From assembly GCA_012295275.1 (NCBI GenBank), contig CM022669.1, positions 7,626,001 to 7,690,000 of the forward strand: a DNA stretch of 64,000 bases. The letters are read 5' to 3'. This DNA comes from Chrysomallon squamiferum. Taxonomy: Eukaryota > Animalia > Mollusca. The position numbers and the translations under genes are program-made. A model generated the notes under the pieces. The model saw only the letters and a program-made list of their open reading frames with translations, was not told the origin of the DNA and searched no databases. Position 1 is the first letter of the stretch. Each line of letters starts with the position of its first letter. This document shows positions 1 through 9,831 of this stretch, one piece after another.

Positions 1-230
1 GTGCTTTCTGATTGTCTGCTTTTAATTTCATTAATCATCTCTGTAAATTAAAAAGATAAACTTCCACCATTTCTATAAAATATATGTTAATATTTTAAAA
101 AGTCTAATTCAGATCGAGAATATAAACGTGAAACCTTGCATACATATGCTTGACAACAAACCTGCAAACACATACATACACACACAAATATTTACGTAAT
201 ACATCTTTTTTTTTTTCTTTTTTTTTTTAG

Positions 231-451
231 GACTAGAAGAAAGAAGAAATAAAAGCAGAATAAATGAAGCCAGTGACACAAGTTGTGAACAGAATGGAAG
301 CAGTTTTGTGGATCCGAACTTTTATAATGTTCCTTTCAGGTCTTGCAGAAAGAGTGAACTTCAGCAGAGTAATTCAGCAAATGTGGCTGAATTAAATAAT
401 AATGATAATAATGAAACAGACAAATTGTATAATAACTGTTTTATTATGTGA
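231..451 (+). CDS. Probable terminal coding exon of the upstream TIR-gene paralog (ends ...KLYNNCFIM*)
   Basis: Strong acceptor (T-tract + AG at 229-230); read in phase 1 the frame is open for ~73 codons (GLEERRNKSRINEASDTS...NNCFIM*). The homologous acceptor at 7841-7842 follows the TIR gene. A non-coding 3' UTR exon is not excluded. Confidence 0.4.
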
Positions 452-522
452 AAAACAACAAGTATTTTAGAGTCAGTTCTGGTGTATTTTTTATGTATTA
501 TTATGCTTTCGTTTTTATTTAT

Positions 523-558
<36 letters not shown>

Positions 559-1239
559 AACCCACAAATATCTACTATCTGTGTATACCATAGTTCCCAT
601 TTTAAGGCATTTAGGACAAATATCCCCTAAAGTGCAATTTTTCCAATTAGATTGATGATCATGTGTGATTTTTGTCAGCATTCTAGTACACAAACAGCTT
701 TCCTTTTAATAATTTAAATAATAAGAGGAAAGAATAATTTATAAAGCTGTCTAGATCACAAAACATAAAATGATATTTTTTTTTTTGACTAACACTTCTT
801 TGTCTCCATCACTTACCCATGAAATGCTCTGAACTGCAAATGCTTTTTGTTTTCCAATGTTTTTTTTTCTTGCATCAAACAGTTTCAACTAAATTAAAAA
901 GTGCATCTGTGAATCTTTCAAACAAAGTGTAAAAGACTTGTGTATGCCTGCACATTAACACCTACACCATTTTTCATTGACTAATTTTTAGTGCATAGAC
1001 AACAGAACAGATTTTACAGAAGTTTTAATATTTCCTGGTGCATTTCCAAGCTTGAAATCATGTGATTTCATATATATAATTTTATGTTGCCTTATTAAAG
1101 ATCATATTAAAGCTTTTTTCTGAAGGTGTGATCAGCAAATTAGTAGTAGAAGGAATAGTAATCATCAAAAAATGAAAGTAATAATAATAATAATTCTGCT
1201 TATGTTCATAATAAATACATTTTTACATTGTTGTCATTA

Positions 1240-1252
1240 CTACTACTACTAC

Positions 1253-1315
<63 letters not shown>

Positions 1316-1318
1316 CAT
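1240..1318. repeat. (ACT)n(ATT)n microsatellite
   Basis: Directly visible. Similar tracts: (AAT)n 24321-24400 and 55720-55980; (ATT)n 28606-28730, 36876-36950, 48387-48435; (CT)n 35476-35525, 36432-36489; (CA)n 22617-22742, 42913-42995; (TA)n 46312-46365. Confidence 0.95.
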
Positions 1319-3099
1319 TGATCGTGACTTTAATCATGTTTAAAATGAATTCTGAAGCTAAAATTTGTCAATTAATACTATAACAAAAATTAAAAAGTAA
1401 ATGCTGATTTATACATTTATTTAAAACACATGGGTGTGTATGTCTGTGAATGTGTTGAAAATGTCCAACAAATGAATCAGCAGTATTGATTTAATTATAT
1501 TCTAACAATTACATAAAGCAACATTTTAATTTTTATCGTTTTCATTGTTGGGGGTTTTCTTGTGGGGTTTTTCTTCTCCACCCCCCCCACAATTATTAAA
1601 TATGATAACAGAATTTTGCAACTTTTATATAAATTTACCGTGTGTAATTATACTTAATATATAATGAATGTAAAATACAATTTTTTGCTGTATGTGTGTG
1701 TTGTTTATTAAGGAACAGTTGATGCTTCTTATGAAGAAAAAGAACATTGTATTAATATGTTAAACAAAGTTTTTATTACAGCGTTAACTGTAAAAATTGT
1801 GGAACTAAATTATCAGTAAGTGCTTTTATCAAACTTAATCGCGTACTGGAATACGTGTATTGGTTCAGAACGTTTTTAAAATTCTAAATAAGTTTCTAAA
1901 ATATAAACCATATATATAATTTTTTATAATTGAATTTATTGATTCGTTTTGTACATTTAAGATGTATTTGAGGTAAAACAGAAATAGTGCTTATTGTAAA
2001 TAGCAAACCAAGATCATGTTTAGAGTGTTGCTGGTTCAAAACCTGTTAAATGTTACATTTGTGATGAAAGATATTGAGTAAAAGAAATATATTCAAAACA
2101 TTTTTTCTGCTGCATTTGTTGTTGGTTTTTTTTTGTTATGTGTGTGGGGTTTTTTTTTTTTTTTTTTTTTGCTTACTTATGGGTGGTGCACAGTCAAGCT
2201 AACTTACATTTGCTTTCTCATTCACTTAATCTATCAATGTGTAGACCAGTGAGAAGAAACAGTATCAATATGATCTGCATACTTACAATTTTCTTTATTT
2301 AGTTAAGTTCTAACTCTCACTATATACTCACATTAAATAGGAATTTTGTTATAGAGTAAAATGTTAATGATGTGTAGGTGTGTGGTAAATCTTGATTTAT
2401 GACAGTAGCTTCATAGTTTATTTAATTGAATTTTCAAGTATCTTATAAAGTTACAATGTTGAAAGGAATATTAAAATTGTGATAAAATCAATGCCTTATA
2501 ACTAACGTTTATTTTAGCAGAAAATACAGCAACACTCCTCAGTTTAATGTTGCAAACTGTCAGCTCAAACAGTCATAAAAATCTCTTTATACATTTAACA
2601 CAAAATATACAAGGAACATTTTGTTTTCAAGACTTTGATTACTTTTAACTGCTAAAATTTAATACTGTCAAAAATAGATAAGCGAAATTATGTGATATAT
2701 TCTAGAACTGTGTGATAATCTCTGATAATTGAGCTAGAACACTGAAAGTCAATTCATTTGTATAGAGAAGCTCTAATTTTTCCAAAATTAAATAATAAAT
2801 AAATAATAAAGAAAATGTAATTCTTCATAAACTTTGTATTTATTATTATTATTGTTATTGTTATTGTTGTTGATGATGATGATCACCTAAGCTCATTTTA
2901 AAGACCAAAATGATCATTTGGGTAAGGAATGATTTGCTGTTTTCTTTTTATTCCTTCTACCCAATACCTGTTACATGGTTCACCGGTGACAGCACATCAT
3001 TTTTAAGCAAAATAAAGAGGATAAACATGAATTGACACGCTTTATTAATATTTGTGATATATAAAATTATAAACTTAAATTAGTCTTGATGCTTTCAAA

Positions 3100-3440
3100 A
3101 TCGAGAGCAAAGTGATGTGTGACATCTGTCCCAATGCTTTTCGTTACGTCTAGCCTTACGATGCTCACTGTGCGAGCCAAGTCCGCATCGCAAGAAAGCT
3201 CGAGATCGTAAAAACATGACACAGCCTCGTTTTCAATATAAAGTTCCCGGAAGACATAGTGAATTCCAAATAAAAAGATGTTGTTGTAGTCGTCGCTTTG
3301 TGCGATGATTTTTTTAAATACTAAATACTAAATGTAAATCTGAATTTCGAACCGCAGTAGCTTGTCATAAAAATTTATGACGAGTCATCCGTTCCATGCG
3401 AGATCGGAGATCTTCGACTTTTGTGACGGCCTGCTAGAAC
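3100..3440 (+). promoter_or_regulatory. Putative promoter/first non-coding exon of the TIR gene, with a STAT (GAS) palindrome TTCCCGGAA at 3244-3252
   Basis: Local CpG enrichment in CpG-poor DNA; TATAAAG at 3237-3243 directly followed by TTCCCGGAA; kB-like GTGAATTCC at ~3259; donor-like GTAAG/GTAAT at ~3514-3523. Confidence 0.5.
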
Positions 3441-4343
3441 TAGAAATTGAACTAAAATAAAGTATTTAAGAAAACCTGTGAAAAGTGTCAAAAAAAAAAA
3501 AAAAAAAAAAAATGTAAGGTAATAGCATTGATATATTAATTTTTATTATTATTGTTTTTATTGATGTGTTTAATACACAAGATCTGAACACGTGACATTT
3601 GAAATGGAGTCGTGACATCACTTAAGCAGATTGGTGGTTCATTTGTTCTAATAGTTGTAGTTCGTCTGACAAGACTAGAAGAAACTTCAGAGCAAATTAC
3701 CTGGCTCCTTTACACAGTGATGTCACAACTATAGAAATATGGCACCACTCAGATATTTCTGAAATGTATTCTTTTGTTTCTATATTTTGTTATTAATGAA
3801 AATTTGATGGCAAAATATAAATAAAATATGACTTGGAAAATGCAGAATATTTTTAATTGTTTGTTGTTTTTCTCTCTTTTTCTTTCTTTTTTTTTCCCCT
3901 TTTAAAAAAAAAAAAAAAAAAAAAAATTAGAACAAGTTAGTTGAATTCAGTTACTAATCTTGTATTTTTGTTGTAAAGTGTAAGATGTTACATACCTAAA
4001 TTTACATGAAATTTCCAAATAATGTTATTCAAATGAAATATCCAGTAAAAATGTATTGTTTTCATGCATTCTTGTTTTTCAAAATATGGATTTTCAAAAT
4101 ATGGATAATAGAACTGTGTTTTGATATTTGTAATTTGCTTTGTAATTTCCAACATAACAGAGAACTAAATATGACCTTTATTTCTATTCTCACTAACATA
4201 TATTGTTTTGATGTGATCATATATAAGATTTCTTAATTTTGAAAGCACCCTTTATATTATTTCCCAGAAAGATATTTTTTAATAGATGTTTTTGGGGTTG
4301 TTGTTGTTTTTTTTTTTTTTTTTTTTTTTTTGTGGTTTTTTAG

Positions 4344-7134
4344 ATGGATTATAGTTCAAGTGAGGAAATCGCTGAAGATGCTGTTTTAGATAACAGTAAG
4401 TAAACAGAATTAATGTGGTGGTGTCTATTAAAAAAATATTTTTCCTTATTTTTCTGGCTTTCTTTTGTAATTATTTTTTCTTAGTTGAAACACTGCTAAT
4501 ATTATTTCACAAAATACTGTTGTTCTGATATTTTCTGCTCATTGGTGAATACTTCTTTCACTTTTAAATTTCTTTGATCATTTTCTTTTGTGATTAACAT
4601 GCTTGAATCTAGATAGAACTGTTTAAAATGTACTCTACCTCAACAAGTAGGCTACCTATCTATACACTATGTATTTCCAAGTAACTGCTTAGTCCTCATA
4701 ATCATTATTTACTACTAATAAAGTTTGACAATAATATGATAAGATTTAGTGTATGTTTTTCTTTCATACAACTTCATATATGAAAAGTATTGGTTATGTC
4801 TTTTCTACTTTGCTTATATATATCAAACCTATCAAATCTTATATATATATCAAACCTATCAAATCTTGTATATATATCAAGCCTATCAAATATAGTTATT
4901 ATTTTTAGTTCAGAAATCTAAAACAAATATGGATGCTTCTTATTCCTTATAATTAATTATGTGTAATCTTTGAGGATAATAATAAAAACCAATATTTACT
5001 CTAATCTAACTTGTATTTCTTTATATTTGTGTTTCAATAGGTGATAGTGGATTTGCCAACAACACGTCTAGTTCACACCAACATTCTGCACATCCTCAAC
5101 CAGCTAGTTTAGAAGAAAATGTGTCTAGTTCTAATAATTCTACTGTTTCACCTCCTGACAATGTATCCAGTGCATCCAAATCAAGTTTGGACTTTCTAAA
5201 TGAGTCCTACACTGATGAAGAAGTGCAGGAATACATTTGGATGATGGATTATGATCTTAAGGAAGAATTCCATGATATTCTGGTTTTGTTCTTTGAAGAT
5301 GATGAAAATCTTGTAGAGGAGTTTTGTAAAGGTCTCAATAAGATATTACTCAAGAAACAAGAAGCCCCCTAAAGTTATAAAATTGTCAGATTTTGCCCCT
5401 GAGGTAACTTCAAGAATTAAGAATTTAGAATTTGCTCTGGAACGATGTACTTACATTTTTCTGTTTCTTACAAAACATTTTGTAAATGATACATGGACTG
5501 AGTTTTCTGGTGAAACTTGTCTAATGGAGGCCATAAACAATCCAGAAAAACGATGGTGTGTGGTGCCAGTTTTCACAGAACCAAAGAGAAGCTGCTCATT
5601 TAAAATACCTCCAAGTCTGAATTCTCTGAAAGGAGTCCAGTACTGGAATGGTCCTGATGACAAATTCTACAAAGAATCTGTGAAGAACATTTTAGATAGA
5701 AAGCTGCACATTCGACTGAGAAATGAGGACAATTTAATGAAAAAGAGAAGGAAATGGATTAAAGACTTCAAGACTAAGAAATACTTTAGACAGAAACAAG
5801 AAGAAGAAAAACAAAAGCAGCAACGTCAGATGCTTGAAACTCGGATTAGCTCAACTCTGCATTCTAGGTGTATTAATAAACAACAGTATGAAACTATGTA
5901 CCCATGTGCAGATCCCAACCACATTTATCCAGTTGCTGAGTCAAGGGAGGATGGTGCCAGAACCGAAGTACAGGTGGTCCTGCAAGGGTCTAGCAACTCT
6001 CAAAGTTATTCTGAAACAACACATAACAGCCTTGATCCTAGTATTTCTGAAGATGCTGCTTCACGGAGTATGCTACAACAGATACAGTTAAATCAAGGAG
6101 CAGTTCAACAGAATATGTACTGTAATATACCACAGACACTAATGTCTCATAGTCCTCTACCAAGTTACAAACCTCAGTCATCTGCTTCTCAGTCAGAAAG
6201 TATGATGCCAGACAAAGATATATATAAGGAGGCTAAACAAATACATATCCATAACTATTATTATCCACCAGCTTCAGAACAGAAACCTGTGAACATAATC
6301 CAGCCAAAGTATGTTCAGATTGGAGATCACAATGTTGTGGTAGGTGTTAATGATTGTGAGGAAAGCACAAACAGTCTTATAAGGAGAGTGACCAAAGTAT
6401 ACAATCCATGTCAGTCGGGTGAGTGGTAAATACACCTGCATTTACACCATTATACTTTATCTATAGTTGTTCCACAGTAAATCTGTGGACAGATACTAAA
6501 AGCAAGAGAACAGTGAAAACAAAATTAATTCTGCTTGGATAAAATATTCATTAATACTTAATTAATATTTTGGTGAAATTAATACAACTTTAATTAAATC
6601 TAAAACCTAAATTTAGCAGAGCAAATTAATACAAGGTTTTATGTTCAATTTGTTGCAGGGCAATAGAAAATCTATACATACCAGAACAGCCTCTGGCTGC
6701 CACTGCAGTGTCAGCTGTTTCTCAGGACAACCTGCCCAGTGACAGAAATGTAACCTATTCACCTCAAACCTGTGTTAAGAACACAGGAGAACCTGACTTG
6801 CCTAACATGGCACCTGAAGCACTATAAGACCCTGCTGCTGCACCTTTCAGATCCACAAACAACTCTTCATTACCTGCTATCACAAAACCTGTTTGCATCA
6901 TACAGCCATTTAATGTAGAAGAAATGAATACCAGAATTTGCTTTCCAAATTCTGAAATTCAGTCTACTCCTAATCCACTAGGAGAACCGTCAGAGAAAAA
7001 CTTTGATGATGATGAAGATGATATCAGACTTTACTGACACAACATCATGTACATACGTATAAGTCCTCACTGTGATTCAGCTTGAATCTGCTCTAAGCTT
7101 TCACATACATCTTTTCCATCTGTGACCACAGTAG
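4344..7134 (+). pseudogene. TRIF/TICAM-like TIR-domain adaptor with C-terminal RHIM; frame-disrupted (probable pseudogene copy)
   Basis: Exons 4344-4395 (MDYSSSEEIAEDAVLDN), 5041-6418, 6659-~7134 with GT-AG borders. TIR: EEFHDILVLFFEDD...LSDFAPE...ALERCTYIFLFLTKHF...WCVVPVF...LNSLKGV. RHIM-like VNIIQPKYVQIGDHN (6289-6333). Lesions: +1 shift at ~5355-5372, -1 shift at ~6378, in-frame TAA 6825-6827, TGA 7035-7037 and 7083-7085. Confidence 0.75.
4813..4893. repeat. Short tandem repeat, 3 copies of ~26-29 bp (CTTATATATATCAAACCTATCAAAT)
   Basis: Directly visible in the intron following the first coding exon of the TIR gene. Confidence 0.85.
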
Positions 7135-8402
7135 GTGATGGTCAAATCCTGATACTACATCAGACATTTCTGTAATCTATATTTATATTTTTAATATAGT
7201 ATATTACAGAGTTGTTTCAGTAAAATTTACATCTTTAGTATAAATCACTTTTTGTATTTTATATATATATACTGTGAGATTGGTTAGCTGTAGAAAAATG
7301 GCCTATTTAATAGTAATTGCGGTTAGACACACCAGTGATACTTTTTTTTAATTATAATTCTATAATGTGACACCAGAAGAACAAAAGATAAGATGTGTGT
7401 GTTTGTGGATAAAAACCTTTCTATCAATAACTGGACATTAAACAATAATAACTATAATTGCTCTTTTTTCTTTTGTTTTTTCCTGCTAAAATGTTTAAAC
7501 TGTTTGCACCATCGCCTCTACAGTTTGAAAAAGAAACCAATAGTAAAACAAATGATGCATAAATTTGCTTCTAAGCTTGTTTTAACCATTAACCTAATTA
7601 TAATGTGCTTTCTGATTGTCTGCTTTTAATTTCATTAATCTGCTCTGAACATTAAAAAGATAAACTTCCACCATTTCTATAAAATATCTGTTACTATTTA
7701 AATTAGTCTATTTCAGGTTCAGAGCATAAACATGTAGTCTTGCATAGATATACATGTCTACACACATGCAAACACACACATAATCGCACACAGAGAAACA
7801 TACAACAATACAGTGCTCTAAAGCCTTTTTATTTGTTTCTAGGAATAAAAGAAGAATAAATGAAGCCTGTGACACATGTTGTCAACAGAATGGAAGCAGT
7901 TCTGTGGATCTGAACTTTCATAATGTTCCTTTCAGAGAGAGTGAATTTACGGAGAGTAATTCAGCAAGTGTGTGAACATATTTTTTCAGATTTGATATAA
8001 ATTACCCTTATTTAATTACAACTTAAAAATAATGAATGTAAAGATTATTTGTTGTTGTGTGCGTGTATGTTTTGTTTATTAAGAAATAGTTGATACTTTG
8101 TATGAAGAAGAAAGAACATTATAATAACATGTTAAAAAAAGTTTTTATTATAACGTTAACTGTAAAAAATTGTGTAACTAAATTATCACTAAGCGTTTTT
8201 ATCAAATTTAATCGTGTATTGGCATAAGAATGGTTCAGAACTTTTTAAAAATTTTAATAATTTTCTAAAATATAAACCATATATTCTCTTTTTTATAATT
8301 GAATTTAGTGATTCAGTTTTGTATTTAAGATGTATTTTGAGGTAAAACAGAAATAATGCTTCTTGTAAATAGCAAACCAATATCCTATTTAGAGTGTTGC
8401 TG

Positions 8403-8883
8403 GTTCAAAATCTGTTTGGGGGGGGGTGTTTCTTTTTTAATTCTTTATATTTTCTTTAATTTTATTGGCAATGGTACAGTTTACAAAATATAAATACAAG
8501 GAACAAAAACAGAAAATACTCACAGAATGTATAACAATTATTTACAAAAAACACATGGGATATTTCACAACAGAGCTCCTTTTTTACCTGATTGATATAT
8601 CTGCATGGTTATATTAAATATACATTATTATAGATACATTTAAAAACCAGTTGATTAAAACAACTTTAATTAAAAAACGAAAAAAGAAAACTGAGACAAG
8701 GAATACTTATTCAATGGCTTCTAGAACCGCAACCAAGAGGCACCACTTTTTAATATGATCCTCCCCTTGCAAATTTATTTGTGATATTATTTTTTCTATC
8801 ATATAATAATTTTTTTACCATGGCTATCTATAATGCTTGTGTAGCTAACACTTCACGATCATTTCCTTGTTCAAAATCTGTTT
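8403..8883 (-). mobile_element. Possible retroposed insertion (~450 bp) between 15-bp direct repeats
   Basis: GTTCAAAATCTGTTT at 8403-8417 and 8869-8883; the enclosed DNA is absent from the paralogous position (~2034-2047); T-rich left end with TTTATT (AATAAA on - strand). Confidence 0.4.
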
Positions 8884-8895
8884 CAGAACATGTTT

Positions 8896-9708
8896 TACCA
8901 ATTAAATTACACACACACACGCACACACATGCACGCACACACACAGAGAGAATGTATGTATGAGAATAAAATAATACTTTCATAAAGCCTTTGTTGTTGT
9001 TTTTGTTTTGTGTTGTGCTGTTGTTTGTTTTGTTTTGTTTGGGGGTGGGGCGTGTGGGGGCCATTTTATTTTATATTAATTTTATTTTATTTTGGTGTTT
9101 TATCTTTCGTTGAAATCGTTAACAACAAATGCTTTTTCTTCTTCTTACTTTTTTTTATTCTTTCGTGCTTTCTTTTATTCTTTCTTTCCTTTTTTTTTTT
9201 TTTTTTTTTTTTAAAAATATCCCCTACATAACGATGCTTACTTATTATGAGTGGTGCACAGTTGAGCCAGCTTACGTCTGCTTTCTCGTTCACTTAATCC
9301 GTCAATGCGTACTTTTTTCCCTGAGAAAAAACAGTATCAATATGATCCGCATATTTGCAATTTATGGGGAGGGGAGGCATTACTTGGTTTGTTTTTTCCA
9401 CCTCAGATTTTAATTAATACCTGAAAACCAACGTTTTTCTTTAGTCATGACAACATCACAGGTACAGGGGTGACTGATTTCTTCTCGTTTCTTTCAGACT
9501 TGTCAGAAAGAGAAAAAAAAAATGCTTTCATTCATCTCTACCTTTACAAATGCTTTATGAAAGTATTATTTTATTCTCATACATACTTTGTTGCTAACTA
9601 TGATAAATCACTCAAAATAGACAAAATAATAAACTTAATAACTCTCTCTCTCTTTCTGTGTGTGTGTGTGTGTGTTCGCATGAGGGTGTGTGTGCGTTAA
9701 ATTGGTAA
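8896..9708. repeat. Inverted repeat, arms ~8896-8988 and ~9552-9708
   Basis: GTATGTATGAGAATAAAATAATACTTTCATAAAGC (left) is the reverse complement of GCTTTATGAAAGTATTATTTTATTCTCATACATAC (right); flanking CA/TG tracts and TACCAATT/AATTGGTA also mirror. The ORF track shows FMKVLFYSHTY on both strands. Confidence 0.85.
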
Positions 9709-9831
9709 TTAGTCTTCCCTTACAAAGACAGTACTTAATAAAATGATGTTTTATCATTATTGGCTAGTTTTATACAAATGGTTAGCAGTGCGCTTGAAAC
9801 GTGGAAGAATCACAAACAAGGAAGAACGAGA

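Larger units (their letters stand above)
1..2850 (+). repeat. Segmental duplication: 3' end of an upstream paralog of the TIR gene plus downstream flank
   Basis: Collinear similar blocks: ~1-390 with ~7605-7975; ~1680-2050 with ~8050-8415; ~2176-2291 with ~9245-9362; ~2683-2850 with ~11920-12095 (MPP10 intron 3). Confidence 0.9.

Noticed and set aside
5043-5060. DSG phosphodegron near the TIR protein N-terminus
   Set aside because: Sequence is DSGFAN, lacking the second Ser of DSGxxS.
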